DNA of 14,735 nucleotides from Candidatus Hydrogenedentota bacterium (GTDB lineage Bacteria; Hydrogenedentota; Hydrogenedentia; Hydrogenedentales; SLHB01): contig JARKSN010000043.1 in NCBI GenBank assembly GCA_029974275.1, positions 1 to 14,735 on the forward strand, written 5' to 3'. Below, piece by piece: positions 6,207 through 14,735 of the stretch; positions within the stretch are counted from its first letter, which is position 1; every line of letters starts with the position of its first letter. Under the pieces are notes generated by a model. That model made no database searches. It worked only from the letters and a program-made list of their open reading frames with translations, and was not told the DNA's origin. Position numbers and translations under genes: made by a program.

Positions 6207-7958
6207 TCACATCTGTATCGTGGCCAATGCGGCGGCCTCGAAGGATGTCAGCGCTTCCTGGACCCAACCGCGGATGGTTTCCGCCGCGCCTTTCAGATCG
6301 AGCTTGCCGGATTCACCGGTGTCGCGGCGTTTCCATTCGAGTTGTTTTTCGTCGAGGTTGCGCGGACTGACGATGATCCGGAATGGCACGCCCAGGAGAT
6401 CCGCATCGGCGAACTGAACGCCGGGGCTCTGGTTGCGGTCGTCGTAGATGGCCTCGACGCCCAAGGCCTGGAGCGAGGTGTACAGACTTTCCGCGACTTC
6501 GCGCACGGGGTCTTCGCCGAGCTTGATCGCGTTGATGTGGACCTGCCACGGGGCGATCGAGATCGGCCAGACGGGCCCGAATTTGTCGCGTCGCACTTCC
6601 ATCACCGAACTCATCATGCGGCCAATGCCGATGCCGTAGCATCCCATAATCGGCGTCTGCAGCTTGCCCTCTTCATCGGCGTACTGCATCTTCATCGCCG
6701 CTGAATATTTCGTTCCGAGCTGGAAGATGTTGCCGACCTCGATGCCGCGTTGGAGCACGATCTTGCCTTCGCACTGCGGGCATCCGTCGCCATCGGCAAT
6801 CGCCGCGATGTCGACAGTCGCCGCGCCGGGCAGATCGCGTTCGAGGTTGAAGTTTGCATAGTGGTAATCCGCTTCGTTCGCGCCGGTGACGAGGTTGCTG
6901 GCCGCCGCGACGGTGTGATCGACGACGATGCGGACCTTGTCCGCGACGAGTCCCATTGGCGACGCATAGCCGGGTTCCGCGCCGGCGGCGCGAATGTGCG
7001 CATCCGTCGCGGGAACGGGCTGGGCTTGAATTATTTTGCTCAGTTTTGACTCGTTGACGTCGCGATCGCCGCGAATCACCGCGATGACCAATTTGCCTTC
7101 GTTGTCCTTGTCGTAGAACACGACTTTGGCGGTGTGGCTGGTAGGCACGCCGAGAAACGCAGCGACCTCTTCGATGGTCTTTTTGCCCGGCGTGTGCACT
7201 TTGTCGAGGACGTTGGCCTCCTCTTTGAACCCGGCAATACGGCCATGCGCGACCTCTTGATTCGCAAGGTAGCGGCAGGAATCGCACGTGACGATGGTAT
7301 CTTCGCCGATCTCCGTCAGCAGGATAAATTCGTGTGCGACTTTGCCGCCCATCATGCCGGTGTCCGACTCGACCGCCACGACTTCGGGGATGCCCGCACG
7401 CGCGAATATGCGTTGGTAGGCGCGATAGCATTCGACATAGTAATGCTCCAAGTCCTGGTGGGACGTATGGAACGAGTACGCGTCCTTCATGGTGAACTCG
7501 CGCACGCGAATCAGGCCGCCGCGCGATCGCGGTTCGTCGCGGAACTTCGTCTGCAACTGATAGACCATGAACGGCAACTGGAGATAGCTGCTAATTTCGT
7601 TCCGGCACAAGTGCACCACGCCTTCCTCGTGGGTCATTGCGAGAACCATGTCGTGATCGGCGCGATCCTTGAAGCGCAGCAGTTCCGCCCCAACGCCCTG
7701 ATAGCGCCCGGATTCCTCCCACAACTCACGCGGCATCACGACCGGCATCAGGACTTCCTGGCCGCCGATGCGATCCATTTCCTCGCGCACGATTCGCTCG
7801 ATCTTGTGAATCACCCGTAGCCCCGGCGGCAACAACGAATAGATGCCGTTCGCGACCTGCCGGGCATAGCCGCCGCGCAGCAACAATGCATGGCTTTCGA
7901 GCGTGGCTTCCGCAGGCCGTTCCTTAAACCGTTTGCCTACCAACTGACTCAGCCGCAT
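6207..7958 (-). CDS. proS: Proline--tRNA ligase, bacterial type with INS editing domain
   Basis: Class II motifs KFRDEPRSRGGLIRVREFTMKDAYSFH, GIEVGNIFQLGTKYS and MGCYGIGIGR. INS domain (VHTPGKKTIEEVAAFL..TAK..GYASP..GANEADYH). Anticodon domain YDDRNQSPGVQFADADLLGVP. GGAGAG upstream of the ATG. Confidence 0.97.
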   Translation of the reverse strand: MRLSQLVGKRFKERPAEATLESHALLLRGGYARQVANGIYSLLPPGLRVIHKIERIVREEMDRIGGQEVLMPVVMPRELWEESGRYQGVGAELLRFKDRADHDMVLAMTHEEGVVHLCRNEISSYLQLPFMVYQLQTKFRDEPRSRGGLIRVREFTMKDAYSFHTSHQDLEHYYVECYRAYQRIFARAGIPEVVAVESDTGMMGGKVAHEFILLTEIGEDTIVTCDSCRYLANQEVAHGRIAGFKEEANVLDKVHTPGKKTIEEVAAFLGVPTSHTAKVVFYDKDNEGKLVIAVIRGDRDVNESKLSKIIQAQPVPATDAHIRAAGAEPGYASPMGLVADKVRIVVDHTVAAASNLVTGANEADYHYANFNLERDLPGAATVDIAAIADGDGCPQCEGKIVLQRGIEVGNIFQLGTKYSAAMKMQYADEEGKLQTPIMGCYGIGIGRMMSSVMEVRRDKFGPVWPISIAPWQVHINAIKLGEDPVREVAESLYTSLQALGVEAIYDDRNQSPGVQFADADLLGVPFRIIVSPRNLDEKQLEWKRRDTGESGKLDLKGAAETIRGWVQEALTSFEAAALATIQM

Positions 7959-8228
7959 GATTCTCTCCGTTTCTCGTTAGGAAACCGGGGACCTCTCTTC
8001 CCAAAGGATCTCCGGCTCTCGTATGGCTTCCAATTTTACTAGTTGGGCGCATTTCTACTACGCCCACTTCATCCTGTCCGTTCGCTGCCATCGGCGCGGT
8101 TGGGCGTCGCAGCATCGCGCCTTGTTTGACCGGGCCGCATACGATCCATTCCGCGACCCCTTCCATTCGTTTGATTTCTTTTTTGGCGCCGGCGAAAACA
8201 TCCCCCACGCATGCGTCTGGGCGCAAGG

Positions 8229-8258
8229 AGGATAGCGTTTACGGATGCGAAATGGCAA
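8229..8258 (-). promoter_or_regulatory. Candidate sigma70 promoter for proS
   Basis: Minus strand TTGCCA-18 nt-TATCCT, about 270 nt upstream of the proS start. Confidence 0.35.
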
Positions 8259-8325
8259 GCCGCGCGAGCCCATGACCTCGCCGAAAAAACAATCAATATT
8301 TGCCGCGACAACTGATTTTTGCGCA

Positions 8326-8355
8326 TTGAATGACGGAATCTTGCTATTATATTAT
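8326..8355 (+). promoter_or_regulatory. Candidate sigma70 promoter for the sugar operon
   Basis: AT-rich patch with TTGAAT(8326)-18 nt-TATTAT(8350), and an alternative extended -10 TG-C-TATTAT (8342-8350). A minus-strand TATAAT overlaps at 8346-8351. Confidence 0.5.
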
Positions 8356-8450
8356 CACTATATGACTTTCGCTGCGGGCCGAAGGTCTGCGCCCAGACTG
8401 GCCCGTGACCTTGGCCTGCCTAGGTTTCAGGGCACGAGAGGGAGATTGCC

Positions 8451-9686
8451 ATGAGCGTGACGAGCCGTATACGTCAGACCTTTGATACTGGGAAGGGCAT
8501 ATTTCGTTTAATGCCGGTATTCGTGCCGCGCCGCTTCAGCGTGCCCGGCAGGCGATTGCGACTTCACCCGGACGATTATTTCGCGTTGGGCACGGCGCGC
8601 GGGGCGATCAAGGAGCGCTGGTTCGCGTCAACGATTCGTTGCATGAACGGGCCGTTGGCGGCCGAGGACGAGGGACTCAGTTATGCGGAATCCCCAGACC
8701 GCGATCCGGCGGGCAGGTTTCTGCTGCGCGACGCCGTGGCCGAACTTGGCGGCGACCTCATCGGCACAGCGTTGATGGAGCGTTTCGGGGGCTGGCCCAT
8801 GTATTCGAAGTTTTTCGACTACGGCGAACCGTTGTTCCATCACCTGCACCTCAGCTTCGAGGCGGCGGCGCGAGTCGGGCAACTCGGGAAGCCCGAGGCT
8901 TATTACTATCCGCCGCAGCTGAACAATCACCCCGGCACGTTTCCGCACACCTACTTCGGGTTTGATCCGGATGTGACGCAAGACATGGTGCGCGATCGGC
9001 TGTTGGCCTATGAATCGGGCGACAACCGCATCACGGAATTGTCGCGCGCGTACCGCATCGAGTTGGGAACGGGCTGGTACACGGCCCCGGGCGTGGTGCA
9101 TGCGCCGGGATCCTACCTGACGTACGAGCCCCAATGGAACGCGGACGTGAATAGCGTGTATGAGAACGTCTGCCGGAACGAGGTGTATCCCTATGATTTC
9201 CTCGTCGAGAATTGCCCGCACGATCGCAAACGCGACGTGGATTACGTGCTCGATTTGATGGACTGGGAAAAGAACGTCGACCCGCATTACAAGAAGCACT
9301 ATTTCCGTCCGCCTATTACGGCGAGCCAGGACGATCGCCATATCGAAAAGTGGATCGTCTATGGCAACGATTACATCGCCGCGCAGGAATTGACCGTGAT
9401 GCCGGGACAGACGGCCACCATAAAGGGACCGACGGCCTATGGCTGCATCATTGTACAGGGGTACGGTCAGTTCGGCGCATATCAAGCCGAGGCCGCTGGA
9501 ACGCTGCGTTATGGTCAACCGAGCGCGGACGAGTATTTCGTAAGCGAGCAGGCTGCGCGCGAAGGCGTGACGATCGTGAATCGGAGCGCGTGCGAGCCGA
9601 TGGTCATCCTGAAACACTTTGGCCCCAACCATCCCCAGACGCCTCCGCCTCCGGGCGACGAAACATCGGACTCGCGAGCCAGATGA
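8451..9686 (+). CDS. Cupin-fold sugar isomerase-like protein (phosphomannose isomerase type I-related)
   Basis: ERWF..KFFDYGEPLFHHLH..GKPEAYYY..PGVVHAPG..YEPQ parallels the PMI pattern E.W..K.LD....LS.QVH..K.EAW..PG..HA.G..EIQ. GGGAG RBS before the ATG. Substrate not determinable. Confidence 0.65.
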   Translation: MSVTSRIRQTFDTGKGIFRLMPVFVPRRFSVPGRRLRLHPDDYFALGTARGAIKERWFASTIRCMNGPLAAEDEGLSYAESPDRDPAGRFLLRDAVAELGGDLIGTALMERFGGWPMYSKFFDYGEPLFHHLHLSFEAAARVGQLGKPEAYYYPPQLNNHPGTFPHTYFGFDPDVTQDMVRDRLLAYESGDNRITELSRAYRIELGTGWYTAPGVVHAPGSYLTYEPQWNADVNSVYENVCRNEVYPYDFLVENCPHDRKRDVDYVLDLMDWEKNVDPHYKKHYFRPPITASQDDRHIEKWIVYGNDYIAAQELTVMPGQTATIKGPTAYGCIIVQGYGQFGAYQAEAAGTLRYGQPSADEYFVSEQAAREGVTIVNRSACEPMVILKHFGPNHPQTPPPPGDETSDSRAR

Positions 9687-9750
9687 ATGCATCACAAGGC
9701 AAGGCGAGTGAGACGCCTGCCGCGACCTACCGCAAACAGGAGGCCCCAAC

Positions 9751-11877
9751 GTGACGCCCCATGCGCCAATCCGTGCCCGGACAGGGCTCTACAATAACCG
9801 CTTTGTCCTCTTCGTCAACGACGAACCGGCATTCCCCATGCTTTACGCGCTGACGGGGGGCGGTTGGCGCACATGGGAAGATCCGCCGCGCCGCAATATC
9901 AGGAATTTCGCGGAGCAAGGATTCCGGCTCTTTCAGATCGACATCTATTTGCGCGATCTGTGGGCCAAAGACGGAAGCCTCGACATGGAACGCGCTCGGC
10001 GCTGTGTGCGGGGCGTCACGGATCAGATCTCGCATGCCGTGGTGTTCATCCGCCTGAACCTTGATGCGCCCTTCTGGTGGATTGATCGCTATCCCGAGGA
10101 GTGCGTGGGCTATTCAGACGGAGAGTTGGACGAGGAATTCAAGGCGGATCAGTGCGATCACATCCGTCGGCAATCCTTCGCCTCCGATCGGTGGCGTCGC
10201 GAGACCGCGGAAAAGGTGGTTGCCTTTCTGAATGCGCTCAGTGCGTCGCCCGAGGGCGACGCAATCGGCGGCTTCCACGTGGCGGGCGGGGCGTGGGGCG
10301 AATGGTTCTGGTTTGGGTTTCCGCACGAACCCGACACCGGCGCGGCCATGACCCAGTATTTTCGCGCCTGGCTGCGCAACGCATATGGGAACTCCAGGGC
10401 CCTGCAAACGGCCTGGGGCGACGCTTCTGCAACCTTCGAGACAGCCGTCGTGCCCGGCATGGAACCGCGCACGAAAACCCAGGCGGGAGTCTTTCGCGAT
10501 CCGCGACAGGAACGTTGGGTCATTGACTACGGTCGCTGTCACCAGGAATGTCTCATCGAGGCCATCGAGTCGTTCTGCCGTCTGGTGAAAGAAACGTGGC
10601 CGCGCCCCACGGTGACCGGCGTCTTCTACGCCTATTTCTGCCATATCTACGACATGGTTTCCGGGGGGCATCTCGAATCGACCCGCGCGCTTGAATCGCC
10701 TTGGATCGACTACTTCAGTTCGCCCGTCTCGTACGAGTTGGACTCGCTTCTTCTCGGCGGCAGCGGCCACTTCCGGTGTCTCACGGCGACGCTGCGCGCG
10801 CACGGCAAGCTGTGGCTCAACGAAATGGATCAAGCCACGCCGCTGGGCGATTCTTTCAAACGTCCAGAGCCGTTTCTGCCCGCATCCCTCGACGACGCGA
10901 TTCAGCGTCATCGCCGCAATACGGCGCATTGCTATACGCTGGGCCAAGGCATGTGGTTTTACGATTTTGGCCCGGAAGGAAGCGGCGGCTGGTGGGATCA
11001 CCCGGAGTTGCTGGCCGAAGTCCGGCGTTTACGTGAACTGGGCGATGCCCGCATGGAGACGCCGTGGCAATCAGCGGCCGATGTGTTGCTCGTGTACGAC
11101 ACGCAATGCTTCTATTACCTTGGCCTCCAACGGCACAACGTCGATCCCGTAGCGTTGCCCTCCATCAACCGAACCATCGCGGAGGCGTATCGCAGCGGCG
11201 CAATCTTCGACACGGTCCATGTCGACGACTTGCCGCGAATCGATCTCGCGCCGTACAAGGTCATCGTTTTCGCCTACACGCCGTTCCTCACCGACGAACG
11301 TCGATCGGGCATTCGGGAACGCGTCGCGTGCGATGGCCGCACGATAATTTGGACGTACGCGCCAGGCTATACCGATGGGGAGACGCTCGATCTCGGGCGC
11401 ATGTCGGACCTAATCGGCATGCAACTGGGTCTTATGCACGCACGCGCGCCGCGCGAACTCCACGTTCCCGCGGATACGTTCCGCGCGGGATTTCCAGATG
11501 TGTTCTACGGCATCGATCAGCCTTTCGTTCCGTTTTTTCACGTGGACGACGATCGCGCCGAAACCGTGGGGCGCTATGCCGGGGGGCGGTTTGTGGCTTT
11601 GGCGCGTCGGGCGTTTGACGATCACATTGCCTGGTTTTGCGGACTGCCGCTCAGAAATCCATGCCTGATGCGCGAATTGTTCCGGGCAGGCGGAGCGCAC
11701 ATCTGGAGCGAGCATAACGACGCGCTGTTTGCGAGCGCCGATCTGTTGTGCGTTCACACGCATGCCGGCGGAGACCGACGATTCATGCTGCCCTCGGGCA
11801 CGGCATTGGCAATGACGCTGGCCGTTGGATCAACGACGCTTATCGACGCGACGACGGGTGAAGTGCTTTTGGGGTGA
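9751..11877 (+). CDS. Uncharacterised glycoside hydrolase, GH42/beta-galactosidase-like (clan A barrel plus trimerisation-like domain)
   Basis: 708 aa, GTG start with AGGAGG at 9738-9743. FRAWLRNAYG..ALQTAWG is typical of GH42-like proteins. Candidate catalytic Glu in GAWGEW and WLNEMD. C-terminal ADVLLVYD..DLAPYKVIVF..TIIWTYAPG resembles the GH42 trimerisation domain. Confidence 0.65.
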   Translation: MTPHAPIRARTGLYNNRFVLFVNDEPAFPMLYALTGGGWRTWEDPPRRNIRNFAEQGFRLFQIDIYLRDLWAKDGSLDMERARRCVRGVTDQISHAVVFIRLNLDAPFWWIDRYPEECVGYSDGELDEEFKADQCDHIRRQSFASDRWRRETAEKVVAFLNALSASPEGDAIGGFHVAGGAWGEWFWFGFPHEPDTGAAMTQYFRAWLRNAYGNSRALQTAWGDASATFETAVVPGMEPRTKTQAGVFRDPRQERWVIDYGRCHQECLIEAIESFCRLVKETWPRPTVTGVFYAYFCHIYDMVSGGHLESTRALESPWIDYFSSPVSYELDSLLLGGSGHFRCLTATLRAHGKLWLNEMDQATPLGDSFKRPEPFLPASLDDAIQRHRRNTAHCYTLGQGMWFYDFGPEGSGGWWDHPELLAEVRRLRELGDARMETPWQSAADVLLVYDTQCFYYLGLQRHNVDPVALPSINRTIAEAYRSGAIFDTVHVDDLPRIDLAPYKVIVFAYTPFLTDERRSGIRERVACDGRTIIWTYAPGYTDGETLDLGRMSDLIGMQLGLMHARAPRELHVPADTFRAGFPDVFYGIDQPFVPFFHVDDDRAETVGRYAGGRFVALARRAFDDHIAWFCGLPLRNPCLMRELFRAGGAHIWSEHNDALFASADLLCVHTHAGGDRRFMLPSGTALAMTLAVGSTTLIDATTGEVLLG

Positions 11878-11897
11878 CACAAGAGGAGGCGCCGGGA

Positions 11898-14255
11898 ATG
11901 GTTTCACATCGTGTGGATGTGCAGGGATCATGGGAATTGACGTTCTTTCCAGAAGGGTCGAAGAGCGTTGCGTCTCCCGCGGATCTGAAACGCGAGAAGC
12001 TTTCTTGGATCGAGGCGAAAGCGCCGGGCAACGTGGAGTTGGACCTGATTCGCGCGGGTCTTCTGCCGGAAGACCTTTTCTTTGCCGACGCCATTCGGCA
12101 ACTTCGGCCCTTGGAACAGAACGAGTGGTGGTACATGCGCGAGGTCGTGGTGAGCGACCTCGGCGGGATGCCGTGGGACCTCGTTTTCGAGGGGATCGAT
12201 ACGCTTGCCACGGTATGGGTCAACGATGTGGAAGTGGGCCGCGCCGCGAACATGTTCATCGAACACCGCTTCGAGGTCACGGCGGCGCTGCGGCCCGGTC
12301 GCAACGACATCACGGTGCGTCTCGGTTCGGCGATGGCGGAGGCGCGCCGACGCGGCTACGACATGTGCTACGGCAGTTGGGAGCGCCGCAACGAGGCCCT
12401 GTTCCTCCGCAAGGCGCCGCACATGTGGAGGTGGAACAGCATGCCGCGGGCCGTATCGGCAGGCATTTGGCGTCCCGCGTATCTTGAGGCGCGTCCGCCG
12501 CACGCGATCACGCAGGCGTATTACAATTGCTGTCTGGCGACCGAAGAACGAGGGCTGTTCGGATGCAGCTATGAACTGAGAACCGCCGAACCGGACATGC
12601 TGGGTCTGACCGTCCATTTTCGCGGCGAGTGCGGCGACAGCGTCTTTGAATATGAGAGTCGCCCCGAATTCGTGTACGAGCGCGTCGGCATCTGGGTGGA
12701 CCGCCCCAAACTCTGGTGGCCGCGTGGCTATGGCGAAGCGAATCTCTACAAGGTCACCCTGCAGGTGCGCAAGGGCGACGAGGTGCTGGCCGAGCGGGTG
12801 GATCGCATCGGTTTCCGCACGGCCTCGCTTGAGTCGACTCATAGCCAAGGAAATCCGTGGATGCCGGCGGAAGCGGGCGCCGGCAGGCGTTGGGACGTTG
12901 AACCGGACCCTGCCCATCATTGGCGGATTATCGTCAACGGCGAACCGATCATGATCAAGGGCTGCAACTATGAAGGGTTGGATGCTTTCCCCAGTCGCGA
13001 ACCGGATCGCTTGGACGCGACGGTGCAGGCGATGGCCGACCTCGGCTGCAACATGGTGCGCTGCTGGGGCGGCGCGATCTATCCCTGCGACCGGTTCTAC
13101 GACTTGTGCGACGCGCAGGGCATCATGGTGTGGCAGGACTTCGCGATGGCCTGCACGGGGTATCCGCACACGGACGAATTCGCCGCCATGATCAGCGCGG
13201 AGGCCGAAGCGGTCATCAAACGTCTGCGCAACCACGCGAGTCTGGTCATCTGGTGCGGCGACAACGAAGTCAGCGACAGCTATGCCGATGACGGCAAACT
13301 GCCCATGCCGAATCGCCTCACGAAAGAAACGCTGCCGCGCGCGCTGCATCGGCATGACCCCTATCGGCCCTATTTGCCGAGTACGCCGTTTCTGCCGCAA
13401 CGCGGCTGGTCCATCGACCGCACGCCGGACCAGCACATTTGGACAGGCGCCCCATTCGACGCCCCGGTGTACCAGATGACCAGCGCATGCTTCGTAAGCG
13501 AGATCGGGGCATTGGGCGTGCCGGACGTCACAACGTTGCGCCGCTTTTTGCCCGAGAATGAGATATGGCCCCCGCGGCAAGATGGCGCCTGGGCCTTCCA
13601 CACCGGCCTGCATCGCAACGATTATCTGACTTGGGGCAGCCGGGTCGATGACGTGTTAAATCGCGTGTGCGACCTGTTTGGCGAACTGCCGGACTCCCTC
13701 GAAGAGTTCGTCCTCGCGTCCCAGATTGCTCAAGCCGAGTTCTATAAGGGGTTCGCGGAAAATATCCGCTTGCGCAAGTGGCGCGCCTCCGGCGTGCTGT
13801 TCTGGGTGATCAGCGAACCCTGGCCGCAGTTCAGCGATTCGATCATCGATTATTACGGGCGTAAAAAACTTGTTTACCACTACCTGCAACGCGCCTACCG
13901 GCCGGTCTGCGTGATGGTCGGCCAACGCGGCAACCATTGGCACGTTCCGCTGGTCGCGACAAACGACACCCGCAGAACGGCGCGCGTCGAATGGCATGTG
14001 CATGACGCGGATTCCGGAGCCGTGTTGTCCGAAGGCGCACGCGATATCCCGGCAAACCAAAACTGGCAACTGGATGCACTGCGTTTTCACCCGGCGTACC
14101 GGCGCTTGTGGTTGATCGACTACAGCGTGGATGGAATTCGTCAAGGGAACCATTACTTGGCGGGCATTCCGGAATCGCTGGCTCAATACAAAGCGTGGCT
14201 CGTCAAGATTGCGGCATTGTCCAACGACTTTGATCCTGCCACGATCGGGCGATAG
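11898..14255 (+). CDS. Glycoside hydrolase family 2, beta-mannosidase-like
   Basis: LVFEGIDTLATVWVN, NMF, RKAP, GIWRP, PKLWWPRGYGEANLY, NMVRCWGG, VWQDF, RLRNHASLVIWCGDNE (acid/base) and FVSEIG (nucleophile). ATG 11898 has AGGAGG 8 nt upstream; the alternative GTG 11874 overlaps the previous stop. Confidence 0.88.
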   Translation: MVSHRVDVQGSWELTFFPEGSKSVASPADLKREKLSWIEAKAPGNVELDLIRAGLLPEDLFFADAIRQLRPLEQNEWWYMREVVVSDLGGMPWDLVFEGIDTLATVWVNDVEVGRAANMFIEHRFEVTAALRPGRNDITVRLGSAMAEARRRGYDMCYGSWERRNEALFLRKAPHMWRWNSMPRAVSAGIWRPAYLEARPPHAITQAYYNCCLATEERGLFGCSYELRTAEPDMLGLTVHFRGECGDSVFEYESRPEFVYERVGIWVDRPKLWWPRGYGEANLYKVTLQVRKGDEVLAERVDRIGFRTASLESTHSQGNPWMPAEAGAGRRWDVEPDPAHHWRIIVNGEPIMIKGCNYEGLDAFPSREPDRLDATVQAMADLGCNMVRCWGGAIYPCDRFYDLCDAQGIMVWQDFAMACTGYPHTDEFAAMISAEAEAVIKRLRNHASLVIWCGDNEVSDSYADDGKLPMPNRLTKETLPRALHRHDPYRPYLPSTPFLPQRGWSIDRTPDQHIWTGAPFDAPVYQMTSACFVSEIGALGVPDVTTLRRFLPENEIWPPRQDGAWAFHTGLHRNDYLTWGSRVDDVLNRVCDLFGELPDSLEEFVLASQIAQAEFYKGFAENIRLRKWRASGVLFWVISEPWPQFSDSIIDYYGRKKLVYHYLQRAYRPVCVMVGQRGNHWHVPLVATNDTRRTARVEWHVHDADSGAVLSEGARDIPANQNWQLDALRFHPAYRRLWLIDYSVDGIRQGNHYLAGIPESLAQYKAWLVKIAALSNDFDPATIGR

Positions 14256-14658
14256 CGCGTTTTCCAAAATCATCGCTTATTTCGCGATGCAAAAGGGCGC
14301 GGAACCCTCGCAGCGCCGCCATTCGTTCGCGACAGACCTATGGTTTCCGAAACCACGCACCTTAACCGTCTGCGATTCCAGAGAGCCCCCTCTCCCCCTG
14401 TGCAATCCCTGGAACCGATTCCGCGACATCCTCCCTCCGTCATTCACATCTTCTCCTGTAAGGATGAAAGCCTATCCGACAGACAGAGACTTGCCCTGAC
14501 TTGTAGTGTATATTTTCAAATGGTTTACAAGATTTCCCTACGGCAATAGCAGCAAAAGCACTACTCAACATATTTTTTATTTCTTTTTCATAGAATTCCT
14601 TTACACCGAAAGAAAGGCTTTCCATTATTCTTGAGTATATTTTTATTGAAAAAATCAC

Positions 14659-14687
14659 TTTACAATCAGAAAACGAGGTTTTATACT
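14659..14687 (+). promoter_or_regulatory. Strong-looking sigma70 promoter for a gene or RNA beyond the window
   Basis: TTTACA-17 nt-TATACT, preceded by A/T tracts (TTTTTATTGAAAAAA; UP-element-like) in a long AT-rich stretch. Confidence 0.65.
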
Positions 14688-14735
14688 ATCTATGTTCTCG
14701 ATCGGTGAGTAACCCAGCAGATGGGGCCCGGCGCG

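Noticed and set aside
7924..8454. Small ORFs or a T-box riboswitch upstream of proS
   Set aside because: The ORFs lack convincing RBSs, coding-like composition or Pro-codon runs, and no T-box GGUGGNACC antiterminator motif is present on the minus strand.
11928..13613. 561-aa minus-strand ORF opposite the GH2 gene
   Set aside because: Antisense shadow of a well-supported gene, with no domain motifs.
14440..14658. 72-aa minus-strand ORF in the AT-rich stretch
   Set aside because: Non-ATG start with no RBS or recognisable motif; the region is better explained as promoter DNA.

Overview
GC-rich bacterial chromosomal window. On the minus strand are two aminoacyl-tRNA synthetase genes: a short 'archaeal-type' valS (570-3161) and a bacterial-type proS with an editing domain (6207-7958). 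Also on minus are a rhomboid protease, a small membrane-anchored J-domain protein, and a lower-GC hypothetical gene after valS that is split by an apparent 1-nt frameshift. On the plus strand are a DUF2961/GH172-like glycosidase and a probable three-gene cytoplasmic sugar-catabolism operon (PMI-like cupin, GH42-like clan-A hydrolase, GH2 beta-mannosidase-like). The most unusual signals are non-coding: two different GTAG-type REP-like inverted doublets nested one inside the other between the convergent GH172 and proS genes, a ~10-nt-periodic CACAA/TTGTG repeat family at two loci (13-82 as a long palindrome, 5731-5769 as a lone arm), and a 23-codon mini-ORF overlapping both neighbours in the sugar operon. 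No rRNA, tRNA, CRISPR array, transposase or T-box was recognised. All calls are by eye from motifs; no database search was run.
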